DNA of 64,000 bases from Alphaproteobacteria bacterium (lineage in GTDB: Bacteria > Pseudomonadota > Alphaproteobacteria > Rickettsiales > SXRF01): positions 81,396-145,395 of the forward strand of contig JANRKF010000013.1 of NCBI GenBank assembly GCA_033763575.1, in the 5' to 3' direction. The notes under the pieces were generated by a model. That model had not been told where the DNA came from, did not search any database, and saw nothing but the letters and a program-made list of their open reading frames with translations. Of the stretch, positions 42,935-51,644 are shown piece by piece; position 1 is the stretch's first letter; each line of letters opens with the position of its first letter. Position numbers and translations under genes: made by a program.

Positions 42935-43692
42935 CGCGACGATTCCAGATATTTCGCAACACGGAGGAAACGCCCGAAGGCATAGACCACCGAATAGGCG
43001 AAGCCCCGCCAGCCGCGCATAGCGTAGCCGCGAAAGCAGTATATTTTCACGAAGGCCAGCGGCAATTCGATAAGCAGGCGCAGATGCGGGAGAAGCATTT
43101 TTTTGTGCTGCATGGCCGCCGCCTGTGCGCTGCTGTAGCTGTTGATTTTCTCCACCATATGCGCGAGCGAACGGAAGGAACGGTGCAGCACCGGAAACTC
43201 TAATATTTGCGTGCCACCCTCTTCCACGATCACCGAATCATGCACCGGGCTATCGGAGAAACGCGCCCATCGCTTGTCATAAAGCCGCAAGCACAGGTTG
43301 GTGTAGGAAAAATGCGATAGCGATTCCTCACCCGGCAGCAAGTCGCGCACCTTCAGGTGAAATCCGGCAAGCGAGGGTGCATCGCCGCTAAAAAGCGCCG
43401 CGATCTCGCTCGCCAGCGCCGGCGTCACCTCCTCATCGGCATCCAGGTTGAGCAACCAATTATTCCTGCACTGCTCCTCGCCAAAGCGTTTTTGCAGGCC
43501 ATAGCCGGGCCATGCGTGAAAAATCACCCGCGCACCCAGCCGCTCGCACACCGCCACCGTATCGTCGCTGCTACCGCTATCGATCACGATGATTTCATCG
43601 ACCCAGCCCGCCACGCTGCCGATGGTGCGCGCAATCCGGTCGCCTTCATTCCGGGCGATGATAAAACAGGAAATCGGAAGGGATTTAGACAT
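42931..43692 (-). CDS. Glycosyltransferase family 2
   Basis: ISCFIIARNEGDRIARTI...DEIIVIDSGSSDDT...NLDADEE (DxD). Confidence 0.8.
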   Translation of the reverse strand: MSKSLPISCFIIARNEGDRIARTIGSVAGWVDEIIVIDSGSSDDTVAVCERLGARVIFHAWPGYGLQKRFGEEQCRNNWLLNLDADEEVTPALASEIAALFSGDAPSLAGFHLKVRDLLPGEESLSHFSYTNLCLRLYDKRWARFSDSPVHDSVIVEEGGTQILEFPVLHRSFRSLAHMVEKINSYSSAQAAAMQHKKMLLPHLRLLIELPLAFVKIYCFRGYAMRGWRGFAYSVVYAFGRFLRVAKYLESSR

Positions 43693-45025
43693 GACTCACC
43701 TCTTTTTGGGCGCGTGTGATGGCAATGGACCAGGCGATCGATTGCCATGCCAGCAGCGCCGGCCAATTAGAGAAGAAACTTTGCGTCGGCACAAGCGGGA
43801 AAAAATTGATAAGCAGCCCGGCGGCGGCAAAAAAAGTAAGGATACAGCGCTCGCGGGGCGGCGGCATATTGGACTTCACGACCGCCATCACCAAGCTCGT
43901 CACCAGCAATAGCATCAACAGCAGCCCGATGCCCCCATATTCCGAGAGCATTTCCAGATAAATATTATGCGAGTGGGTGCTGCAGAAAATCACCCTCCCT
44001 TCATCCAGCAATGTCGGGCAGGCAAGGCGGAAATTCATCATCCCGACACCGATAATGGGGTGCTCCTGCCATAAAAGAAACGAGGCTTTCCATAACTGGC
44101 CGTAATCGCTCTGTGAAAATTCCTGCAGGACGAATTCCGTCTCCTGCACACGTTTTTGCACCGACGGCAGCGACTGGTAGGAAACCGCGATCAATGCGGC
44201 GAACGCCACCAGCGACAGTGTGAAGGCCAGCCGCGCCTGCCGGAAGGAAAAGGCCACTCCACCGCCCACCAACACTATGCCAAGGGCCAGGGTGAAGGTC
44301 GCCGTGCGCTCGTTACTCAAAAGCACGACACCGAAACAATAAACCAGCGCCAGCGCCAGAAATGCCAGTCGCTTTTTCTGATGCGCCTTCCACGCACTGT
44401 ACAATAAAATGCCAAACACCGGCATCGCCAGCTTCGCCAAATAGATGCCGATCACGACTTTTTTGAAAGGCCCGGTGAGCCTGTCCTGCTCATAAGGCAC
44501 CCCGGCGAGCGAAAATCCCGTGCAATACTGGTAAAGCGCATCGGCACCGGCAAGCAGCAATATACCCAACATGACCGCCGCAATCTTGCGCAGCTCCTCG
44601 TGATAGCTCGAAAGCCAATAGGCAATCGCGGCGAAAAGCAGGATAAAACGAATCCACCCGGCGCGGGCAAAAGAAACGCCCGGATCGAGGGCAAACGGCG
44701 AAACTACCAGCACCGAATAAGCCCATAAGATAAGCGCAATTACCACCGGCGGTTCACGCAACCACGACCAGTTGCGCGCACGAAAGCTCCACACCAGCAA
44801 CAGCACGCCAAGCCCAACCCCGATAATATCCGCCGCCACCCGCGAATAGATCATCGCGAGCGGCAAAAGCAGCAATAGATAAAGCGCCGCAAACACCAGC
44901 CGCGCCTGAAATTTATCGGTTGCAAGAAGTTGTTGGCAGGCTGACGATTTCCCTAGAAGCATAGGCTGTGCATACGCTATAAGCATAAAAAACGCTACAA
45001 CAGATTTGGATGCAGATTGATGCAT
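43685..45025 (-). CDS. O-antigen ligase (Wzy_C)-family membrane protein
   Basis: About 10-12 TM segments with a central periplasmic loop, between two glycosyltransferase genes. The start is uncertain (alternatives at 44986 and 44962). Confidence 0.65.
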   Translation of the reverse strand: MHQSASKSVVAFFMLIAYAQPMLLGKSSACQQLLATDKFQARLVFAALYLLLLLPLAMIYSRVAADIIGVGLGVLLLVWSFRARNWSWLREPPVVIALILWAYSVLVVSPFALDPGVSFARAGWIRFILLFAAIAYWLSSYHEELRKIAAVMLGILLLAGADALYQYCTGFSLAGVPYEQDRLTGPFKKVVIGIYLAKLAMPVFGILLYSAWKAHQKKRLAFLALALVYCFGVVLLSNERTATFTLALGIVLVGGGVAFSFRQARLAFTLSLVAFAALIAVSYQSLPSVQKRVQETEFVLQEFSQSDYGQLWKASFLLWQEHPIIGVGMMNFRLACPTLLDEGRVIFCSTHSHNIYLEMLSEYGGIGLLLMLLLVTSLVMAVVKSNMPPPRERCILTFFAAAGLLINFFPLVPTQSFFSNWPALLAWQSIAWSIAITRAQKEVSHV

Positions 45026-46081
45026 ATCGTCAACATCATGTTAGCAAAAACCGGCGGCGGCATCGAACAGGCGGCGGTCGATTATTGCGAAGGTCTGCGC
45101 GACATCGGCCACCGCGTCACCGCCATCGTCTACCCCGGCGGCTGGACGGAAACGCAGATGCGCGCGCGCGGCATTACCACCGAGCCGCTTTTCAATGTGA
45201 GCGAATATGACATGGTGGCGTGGTGGCGCCTTCGCCGCCTGATTAAAAAACTCGCGCCCGACGCGGTGATTGCGCATGCCAACCGCGCCATGGGGATGAG
45301 CAGCTTCGCACTTAAGAACCGCAGCTTCCCGCTGGCCGGTGTGGTGAATAACTATTCCACCCGCCGCTATAACCGGGCCGATGCCGCCTTCACCACCACC
45401 TATGATTTAATGGACACGCTGGCCGCACAAGGCATCCCACGGGAAAAGATCTTCCATATCCCCAACATGGTGAGGGTGAGCGAATTGCCGCAGCGCCACC
45501 GCCGCAACACCCCACCCATCATCGGCACGATGGGACGGTTTGTGAAGAAAAAAGGCTTCGATGTCTATATCGAGGCGCTGGCGATATTGAAATCACGCGG
45601 CATCCCCTTCAAAGCGTTGCTGGGCGGCAGCGGCGAAGAAGAATCGGCGCTCCGCCGGCTCGCGACAGGAAAAGGGCTGGAGGATGTGTTGGAATTTATC
45701 GGCTGGGTCGAAGACCGCCGGGCATTTTACGGCAGCATCGATGTGTTCTGCCTGCCGTCGCTGCACGAACCGTTCGGCATCGTGCTGCTGGAAGCATTTG
45801 CCCACGGCGCGCCGATTATTTCCAGCAACAGCGAAGGCCCGAAGGACATCATTACTCCGAATTACGATGCGCTGATTGTTGAAAAAGGCAACGCCGAACA
45901 ACTCGCCGACGCGATGGAAAAATTGCTGAAAGACCCGGTGCTGTGTGAAAAACTGGCGGCAAACGGCTTCGCCAAGGTCAAAACCCGCTACAGCCAGGAG
46001 GTGGTCTCGGAGAGCATCACCGCCGCGCTCAAGGAAATGATAAGCCAAGGCATTCACGCCGCCGCTAGGCGCATGGAATGA
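45020..46081 (+). CDS. Glycosyltransferase family 4
   Basis: MHIVNIMLAKTGGGIEQAAVDY...LPSLHEPFGIVLLEAFAHGAPIISSNSEGPKDII (EX7E). Confidence 0.8.
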   Translation: MHIVNIMLAKTGGGIEQAAVDYCEGLRDIGHRVTAIVYPGGWTETQMRARGITTEPLFNVSEYDMVAWWRLRRLIKKLAPDAVIAHANRAMGMSSFALKNRSFPLAGVVNNYSTRRYNRADAAFTTTYDLMDTLAAQGIPREKIFHIPNMVRVSELPQRHRRNTPPIIGTMGRFVKKKGFDVYIEALAILKSRGIPFKALLGGSGEEESALRRLATGKGLEDVLEFIGWVEDRRAFYGSIDVFCLPSLHEPFGIVLLEAFAHGAPIISSNSEGPKDIITPNYDALIVEKGNAEQLADAMEKLLKDPVLCEKLAANGFAKVKTRYSQEVVSESITAALKEMISQGIHAAARRME

Positions 46082-46246
46082 TACAGGGCCGCCCTGCGCC
46101 ATGCTATTTACGGCGGATAGTTCCATGCAGCGATTGGCACCATTCTGGTATGGTTGTTGCCTTCCCTTGCCCATCCCCGGCGCTGAAAGAGCGCTTTCTG
46201 GAGCAGGTGGAGAATATGGGTGTAATGACTGTGGGGATGGGTAAGG

Positions 46247-46323
46247 TGGCGTGCCCGGAGGGATTCGAACCCCCGACCTGCAGCTTAGAAGGCTGCCGCT
46301 CTATCCAACTGAGCTACGGGCAC
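46247..46323 (-). tRNA. tRNA-Arg (anticodon TCT)
   Basis: Reverse complement gtgcccgtagctcagttggatagagcggcagccttctaagctgcaggtcgggggttcgaatccctccgggcacgcca folds as a cloverleaf. Anticodon loop is cTTCTaa, CCA is encoded. Confidence 0.9.
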
Positions 46324-46410
46324 TTAACAGTTATCGGTTGACAGTCTGCGCCTATCTACACTAACAACCATCCACCAACAACTGGTTAATACGTTGTTTT
46401 TTGGTGAGTG

Positions 46411-46438
46411 AATATAAACGGGCGGTTAGCTCAGCTGG
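46411..46438 (+). pseudogene. Duplicated 5' fragment of tRNA-Val plus its upstream 9 nt
   Basis: aatataaacgggcggttagctcagctgg is identical to 46494-46521. It is followed by an inverted copy of the D-arm (cgctctaaccagc, about 46465-46477). Confidence 0.7.
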
Positions 46439-46502
46439 CCAGCCCTGCGGCGCTTGAGCGGAAACGCTCTAACCAGCATGCGCTGTGGCAGGAAATATAA
46501 AC

Positions 46503-46579
<77 letters not shown>

Positions 46580-46709
46580 CGCTTCGCCCTGACGGGCTAC
46601 GCGTGGCGCAGCCACGTGGAGGCCGACATCTTGGGCGAAGCAGTGCCCGGCGTAGCTCGTAGAGCGTAGACGGGCTGGTCGATACTTGCTGTAACAACCA
46701 TATCTCTTA

Positions 46710-47210
46710 TCAGGCTGATTTTCTTTGGGTGACCGCAGCCTCCAGCGCAAGCAGCCATTCCTTGCGTTTTAGGCCGCCGCCATAGCCGACCAGCGCGCCG
46801 GTGCTGCCGATCACACGGTGGCAGGGGATGATGATGGAAATGGGGTTGCGGTTATTGGCCATGCCCACGGCGCGGGCTTTCTTCACGTCACCCATGCTGG
46901 CTGCCTGCTCGCCGTAGGAGCGCGTTTCGCCGTGCGGAATCTTTTGCAGGGCCCGCCATGCATTAATTTGGAAGACGGTGCCTTTCAGCTCCAGCGGCAG
47001 GTCGAATGCGCTGCGTTTCCCGGCGAAATATTCAGCCAGCTGTTTTTCCGCCCGCACCAGCATGATGTGCGTTTCGGAAGGTTCTGCCTCGCCATCCAGC
47101 GCCGCATATTTACCATCCGCCCCTTCAAATCCGACATAGCGCAACCCCTTGTCGGATGCGACAATACGAAGCGTGCCCACCGGTGAATCGATATGTTTTT
47201 CGTAGAGCAT
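46710..47210 (-). CDS. ogt: Methylated-DNA--protein-cysteine methyltransferase
   Basis: ...SYGEQA...ARAVGMANNRNPISIIIPCHRVIGSTGALVGYGGGLKRKEWLL (PCHR active site). The start is set at MLYEKHIDSPVGTL. Confidence 0.85.
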   Translation of the reverse strand: MLYEKHIDSPVGTLRIVASDKGLRYVGFEGADGKYAALDGEAEPSETHIMLVRAEKQLAEYFAGKRSAFDLPLELKGTVFQINAWRALQKIPHGETRSYGEQAASMGDVKKARAVGMANNRNPISIIIPCHRVIGSTGALVGYGGGLKRKEWLLALEAAVTQRKSA

Positions 47211-47314
47211 ATAAACCTCCGCACCTGAACCGTTATGTGAGCGCAGCAGCGCGAACCAGCCTTGAGCCAGCTTCATGCGAAAGTCAGCAGACTTTCGCGG
47301 AAGCCTCCTTAAAG

Positions 47315-48118
47315 TTAAACCGTCCCGAAGCTCTTAATAAGGCTCCCCGCCAGCATATACCAGCCGTCGATCAGCACAAAGAAAATAATCTTGAACGGCA
47401 GCGAGATCACCACCGGCGGCAGCATCATCATCCCCATCGCCATCAGGATGGAGGCCACCAGCATATCGATGATGATGAACGGGATAAACAGCAGGAAACC
47501 GATCTCGAAAGCGCGTTTCAGCTCACTAATCATGAAGCCGGGAATGAGCACGCGGTAGGGCGTATCGGCAGGCGTTTCGATGGTGAGGCCCGGCGACATA
47601 TCGACAAACAGTTTCAAATCCTGCGCCCGCACATGCGCCAGCATGAAGGCATGAAACGGCGCGCCGATTTTTTCCAGCGCCTCTTTCTCGTCAATGCGCT
47701 CTTCCAGCAACGGCTGCACGCCCTGCTCATACGACGCCTGAAACACCGGCGCCATGATGAACAAAGTAAGGAACAGCGCCAACGAAATGAGCACCTGGTT
47801 GGGCGGCGTCTGTTGCAGGCCGAGCGCGCTTCGCAGCATGGAGAGCACGATGATGATACGCATGAACGAGGTCATCATCACCAGGATCGAAGGCGCAAGG
47901 CTGATGACCGTCATCACGATAATGAGCTGGATCAGCCGCCCGGTCGCGCCGCCGCTGGTGGTGTTCCCGAGGTCGATATTCATCGACTGGGCAAAGGCAT
48001 TATCAGTGTGCATAAACAAGGTTATCGTCATTGCGAGGAGGCATAGCCGACGAAGCAACCCAATTTTCTGATGGCTGGATTGCTTCGCCTGCGGCTCGCA
48101 ATGACGTACATTAAACAT
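47315..48118 (-). CDS. fliP: Flagellar type III export protein FliP
   Basis: ...LIQLIIVMTVISLAPSILVMMTSFMRIIIVLSMLRSALGLQQTPPNQVLISLALFLT is canonical. ATG 48118 overlaps the fliO stop. Residues 5-31 are encoded by a family-2 element. Confidence 0.85.
   Translation of the reverse strand: MFNVRHCEPQAKQSSHQKIGLLRRLCLLAMTITLFMHTDNAFAQSMNIDLGNTTSGGATGRLIQLIIVMTVISLAPSILVMMTSFMRIIIVLSMLRSALGLQQTPPNQVLISLALFLTLFIMAPVFQASYEQGVQPLLEERIDEKEALEKIGAPFHAFMLAHVRAQDLKLFVDMSPGLTIETPADTPYRVLIPGFMISELKRAFEIGFLLFIPFIIIDMLVASILMAMGMMMLPPVVISLPFKIIFFVLIDGWYMLAGSLIKSFGTV
48027..48105. repeat. Family-2 palindromic element inside the 5' end of fliP
   Basis: gtcattgcgaggaggcatagccgacgaagcaacccaattttctgatggctggattgcttcgcctgcggctcgcaatgac. 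Confidence 0.8.
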
Positions 48119-48383
48119 TTTTTTTCTCCACCCGCTCAATCAGTAATTCACTCTGCGGCGAGAGCAGCAGCAAATGTTCCTGTTCGTCGCGCTTGATAAG
48201 CACCAGCCTGCGCCGTGCATCGATCATTTTCGACTCGATAATTTGCAATCTGCCGCCGCCCTTGTGCAGCGCCCAGCCAGGATTGCGCCGCAGCACAAAA
48301 CGCATGGCCAGCGCCGAAAGCCCAATGAGGGCGACCACCAGCACAAAAGACAGCAGCACACGGATAGGATCGACGATGTCCAT
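48111..48383 (-). CDS. fliO: Flagellar biosynthesis protein FliO
   Basis: 90 aa, one TM (LLSFVLVVALIGLSALAM), then ...LQIIESKMIDARRRLVLIKRDEQEHLLLL, and position directly upstream of fliP. Confidence 0.7.
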   Translation of the reverse strand: MDIVDPIRVLLSFVLVVALIGLSALAMRFVLRRNPGWALHKGGGRLQIIESKMIDARRRLVLIKRDEQEHLLLLSPQSELLIERVEKKNV

Positions 48384-48709
48384 TATTCTTTATCCCGCTT
48401 GCCGAAATTATCCCGCGAATCGGCGGTCTGGTAGGCAACGCTGGCATTGCGGTGCTTAGGAATTTCAGCCACATTCCCTGATTGCTCGCGCATTTCATTG
48501 CCGAGCGCATTGAGGTTGGAAAGCAGCTCCTGCAGGCGGCTTTCATAGGTCCGGCGGTCATCATTCGAGAGCGCCTCTATCATGTCGCAAAGCTGGCCGA
48601 TGCGTTCATCCAGTTTATGCATCTCCAGCTCCTCACCGGCGGCCACCGTGGCGCGGCTGGCGGCGATATACTGCTCCATCTCGGTAAAAAGCGGGGCGAT
48701 TTCTGTCAT
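48383..48709 (-). CDS. Hypothetical helical protein in the flagellar export operon
   Basis: 108 aa, start/stop-coupled to fliO and to the FlhB-like gene. No family recognised. Confidence 0.4.
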   Translation of the reverse strand: MTEIAPLFTEMEQYIAASRATVAAGEELEMHKLDERIGQLCDMIEALSNDDRRTYESRLQELLSNLNALGNEMREQSGNVAEIPKHRNASVAYQTADSRDNFGKRDKE

Positions 48710-48990
48710 GAATGCTTCCTTTTGAGGCTGTCGTTCGCACGATACACATAGGCGAGAATTTCCGCAACCGCCGCATAGGCCTCCAGCGGAATCGGCGTGT
48801 CGATGTCGAGTTTTTCCAGCATATGCACGAGGTCGCGGTCCTGGCGGATTTCGATATTATAGCGCTTGGCCAGCTCGATGATCTGCTGCGCCATATAGCC
48901 CTTGCCCTTGGCGGCGATCACCGGCGCGCTCTGCTTCTCACGCTCATATTTAAGCGCCACCGCCAGCTTGTCCCTGTCGAACCCGGCCAT
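48706..48990 (-). CDS. FlhB C-terminal-domain-like protein (EscU/YscU/HrcU-family small paralogue)
   Basis: APVIAAKGKGYMAQQIIELAKRYNIEIRQDRDLVHMLEKLDIDTPIPLEAYAAVAEILAYVY matches the FlhB C-domain lacking the NPTH cleavage segment. Confidence 0.8.
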   Translation of the reverse strand: MAGFDRDKLAVALKYEREKQSAPVIAAKGKGYMAQQIIELAKRYNIEIRQDRDLVHMLEKLDIDTPIPLEAYAAVAEILAYVYRANDSLKRKHS

Positions 48991-49247
48991 TACTTGCGGT
49001 CCGGCTTGACGCCCAGCCCATCCAGATCCAGATCGAAATCGACATCGCCGAAATCAACATCGCCCGAGGTGGCCGCCGCAATATTCTGCTCCATGATTTT
49101 TTCGTGCAGCTCTTTGCGCAGGATGCTTGCCTCCTTGGGAAACACGAACCCGAGTTTCACTGATTTTCCGCGCACTTCCATCACGGTCAGCTCGATATTA
49201 TTATTGATGATGATCGACTCACCGATCTTGCGGCTTAAATATAACAT
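48990..49247 (-). CDS. csrA: Carbon storage regulator CsrA with an acidic C-terminal extension
   Basis: MLYLSRKIGESIIINNNIELTVMEVRGKSVKLGFVFPKEASILRKELHEKI is canonical CsrA. The start is set at the internal ATG. Confidence 0.85.
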   Translation of the reverse strand: MLYLSRKIGESIIINNNIELTVMEVRGKSVKLGFVFPKEASILRKELHEKIMEQNIAAATSGDVDFGDVDFDLDLDGLGVKPDRK

Positions 49248-49413
49248 TCTCTGCGGATCCTCATGATGCGCTATGTTGGCACAAGTTTTGAATACATCTT
49301 TATCAGATAAAAGCAAATTTTGTCTGGAAGTGGAACAAAAATTATGCTAATGTGGGAAAATAATTCCTACTTATAAATAATTAAAAAAATCGGCCCAAGG
49401 ATAGGATATTACA

Positions 49414-49830
49414 GTGGATTTTACCGGCATTCCCCTCTTTAACATGATGCAAAGCAAGCTGAAATACCATGCGGCCAACCAGTCGGTGCTGGCGCGGAAC
49501 GTCGCCAATGCCGATACGCCGGGCTACCGGGCGCAGGCCATGGCGGCGCCGGATTTCGCATCAATGATGGGAAAAACAGGCTCCGCCTCTTCGATGAGCG
49601 TAACCAGTCCGATGCATATGCGCCCCGGCATGGGCAAAGGCGGCATGAGCGGCAACATCCGCAACCGCGAAAACACCTACGAGCTGAACCCCATCGGCAA
49701 CAACGTGGTGATCGAGGAAGAGGTGATGCGCGTGGCGGAAAACCAGGCGGAATATCAGAAGACGCTGGGAATTTATAAAAAATCGATGGAGCTGTTCCGG
49801 ATTGCGATCGGCAAATCGAGTGGCGGATAA
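49414..49830 (+). CDS. flgB: Flagellar basal-body rod protein FlgB
   Basis: GTG start; ...QSVLARNVANADTPGYRA... rod-protein N-terminal motif. Confidence 0.88.
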   Translation: MDFTGIPLFNMMQSKLKYHAANQSVLARNVANADTPGYRAQAMAAPDFASMMGKTGSASSMSVTSPMHMRPGMGKGGMSGNIRNRENTYELNPIGNNVVIEEEVMRVAENQAEYQKTLGIYKKSMELFRIAIGKSSGG

Positions 49831-49840
49831 GGAGTAGAGA

Positions 49841-50248
49841 ATGCAACTGACCGATTCACTTAAAATAGCCGCCGCCGGCATGCGCGCCCAGGGAGATCGC
49901 CTGCGCGTCGTCGCGGAAAATATCGCCAACGCCGATTCCACGGCAACCACGCCCGGGGGCGAGCCTTATCGCCGCAAGACCGTGGTATTCCAGAATGTGC
50001 TGGATAAGGAGCTGGGTATTGAAACGGTGCGGGTCGCCAAGCGCGGCACCGATAACTCTGATTTCAATAAAAAATTCGAGCCCTACCACCCCGCCGCCGA
50101 TGCGGAAGGGTATGTGCTCTATCCCAACGTCAACACCATCATCGAAACAATCGATATGAAAGAGGCGCGGCGCGCCTATGAAGCCAATCTCGGCGTGGTC
50201 GAGGTTTCCAAGGCAATGGTGGCGCGCACGCTTGATCTCTTACGGTAA
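49841..50248 (+). CDS. flgC: Flagellar basal-body rod protein FlgC
   Basis: SLKIAAAGMRAQGDRLRVVAENIANADST...PYRRK.V.F...GYVLYPNVN...EMVDM.EA.RAYEAN. Confidence 0.9.
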   Translation: MQLTDSLKIAAAGMRAQGDRLRVVAENIANADSTATTPGGEPYRRKTVVFQNVLDKELGIETVRVAKRGTDNSDFNKKFEPYHPAADAEGYVLYPNVNTIIETIDMKEARRAYEANLGVVEVSKAMVARTLDLLR

Positions 50249-50273
50249 TAGCAGGGGAAATTAGGGGAAGATT

Positions 50274-50588
50274 ATGGTCAATATGTTATCCGCACTGAAC
50301 GCCTACAACAACCAGCTCAAGCTCGGCAGTGGCGGCGGGGCGATGGAAAGCACCGAGAATCCCACCGGCGGCCCCAGCTTTTCGCAGCTGCTCGAAAGCC
50401 AGCTCGACGATGTCGTGAATACCCAGAAAAGCGCCGAGGGCGCGAAGATGGAGGCACTCACCGGCAAGGGCGACATCACCGATCTCGTCACCGCCATCGC
50501 CAATGCAGAAATGGCGCTCAACACCATCGTCACCATCCGCGATCGCGCCATCTCCGCCTATCAGGACATCATCCGCATGCCGATATAA
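50274..50588 (+). CDS. fliE: Flagellar hook-basal body complex protein FliE
   Basis: ...FSQLLESQLDDVVNTQKSAE...DLVTAIANAEMALNTIVTIRDRAISAYQDIIRMPI. Confidence 0.85.
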   Translation: MVNMLSALNAYNNQLKLGSGGGAMESTENPTGGPSFSQLLESQLDDVVNTQKSAEGAKMEALTGKGDITDLVTAIANAEMALNTIVTIRDRAISAYQDIIRMPI

Positions 50589-50636
50589 ATGCTCGACTAG
50601 CGCTCGAAAATATGGCATCATGGCCCTAGAGGTTTT

Positions 50637-50900
50637 ATGCATACACGCGATACTATTTTGCAGCAAGCCATGGCTTTGACGCCGGCCGATCAGGCTTATC
50701 TGGTGCTTGCGCTGGAAGATCACCTTGCGGACCAAATTCCTGCGGCAGTGGACGCGGGGAACGGTATAAGCGGCGCGGCTTTTCTCGCGGAACTTGAACG
50801 GCGCTCGCACGCCTATAAAGCGGGAAAGATGGATGCACACCCGGCGGGGGACGTCATGGCCGAATTACGCACACGTCAGGCGACTGAGAACGTGCAGTGA
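50637..50900 (+). CDS. Putative addiction-module antitoxin (Unstab_antitox-like)
   Basis: 87 aa, ...ILQQAMALTPADQAYLVLALEDHL...AFLAELERRSHAYKAGKMDAHPAGDVMAELR resembles the 'putative addiction module component' family. GTGA overlap with the toxin. Confidence 0.65.
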   Translation: MHTRDTILQQAMALTPADQAYLVLALEDHLADQIPAAVDAGNGISGAAFLAELERRSHAYKAGKMDAHPAGDVMAELRTRQATENVQ

Positions 50901-51205
50901 TTCGCATCGTTGCGGATGCCACCGCCGAAATTGAATCAGCCCGGCACTATCTCAACCGGCATTCCCGTCTTCTCGGCCACCGCTTTCTCGAGGATCTGGA
51001 ATTCACCTTATCGGCAATTGCCGAGATGCCCCTTGCCTACCCTGCGATTGAAATTTTTGAGTCATATGTTCCATTTCGCAGGGCATTGCTGCGAACTTTT
51101 CGCTATGCTGTGATCTTTGAGGTGCTTGCCGATGAGATTCTTGTCGTCGCGGTTGCACATACAAGCCGCGCCCCTGATTACTGGCTGGAACGCTCTAAGC
51201 TATAG
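50897..51205 (+). CDS. ParE/RelE-family type II toxin
   Basis: 102 aa, ...AEIESARHYLNRHSRLLGHRFLEDLEFTLSAIAEMPLAYP...RRALLRTFRYAVIFEVLADEILVVAVAHTSRAPDYW is the typical ParE-like pattern. Confidence 0.7.
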   Translation: MIRIVADATAEIESARHYLNRHSRLLGHRFLEDLEFTLSAIAEMPLAYPAIEIFESYVPFRRALLRTFRYAVIFEVLADEILVVAVAHTSRAPDYWLERSKL

Positions 51206-51279
51206 TTGATAGTTGTTGGTTGTTGGAAAAATAAAACCCTGCTACACCACCAACTATCAACCACCAACCATCAACCGCC
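51205..51279. repeat. Family-3 heptamer-built palindromic element
   Basis: Left arm gttgata-gttgttg-gttgttg, loop aaaaataaaaccctgctaca, right arm caccaac-tatcaac-caccaac-catcaac. Confidence 0.7.
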
Positions 51280-51546
51280 ATGGAACCCACCGAAATCATC
51301 GATATTGGCCGTGACGCCATTTATGTGCTGATCGTGATCGCCTCACCGGTGATGCTGACATCGCTGATCGTGGGCCTGATCGTTTCGCTCTTTCAGGCCC
51401 TCACCCAGATTCAGGAACAAACGCTCACCTTCGTTCCAAAAATCCTCACCATGCTGGTCGTGCTCGGCTTCACCATGCCCTTCATGCTGCAGCACCTCAC
51501 CGATTTCACCCACCGCCTCACCGAAAAAATCGTGCATATTGAATAA
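51280..51546 (+). CDS. fliQ: Flagellar type III export protein FliQ
   Basis: ...IGRDAIYVLIVIASPVMLTSLIVGLIVSLFQALTQIQEQTLTFVPKIL is canonical FliQ. Confidence 0.9.
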   Translation: MEPTEIIDIGRDAIYVLIVIASPVMLTSLIVGLIVSLFQALTQIQEQTLTFVPKILTMLVVLGFTMPFMLQHLTDFTHRLTEKIVHIE

Positions 51547-51640
51547 AATGGTTGCCAGGTTTCTGGGTTGCTAGGTTTCTTGGTAAGGATTACATTGCTA
51601 CACCTAGCAACCTAGAAACTCAGCAACCCAGCAACCACCT
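51547..51640. repeat. Family-3 palindromic element (ggttgc/aggtttc arms)
   Basis: ggttgccaggtttctgggttgctaggtttcttggt - loop - acctagcaacctagaaactcagcaacccagcaacc (imperfect ~35-bp arms). Confidence 0.7.
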
Positions 51641-51644
51641 TCCG

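Noticed and set aside
45017-45025. Divergently overlapping start codons of the GT4 gene and the O-antigen ligase as a regulatory curiosity
   Set aside because: This is most likely an artefact of choosing the longest ligase ORF. Internal starts at 44986 or 44962 remove the overlap.
46078-46341. 87-aa ORF overlapping tRNA-Arg
   Set aside because: It overlaps a canonical tRNA on the opposite strand and has no coding signal.
49277-49291. Sigma-54-like promoter TGGCAC-N5-TTGA upstream of flgB
   Set aside because: The -12 element reads GA rather than the conserved GC. Early flagellar operons in alphaproteobacteria are usually CtrA-dependent rather than sigma-54-dependent. I also could not find a clean TTAA-N7-TTAA CtrA box, so the promoter remains unresolved.
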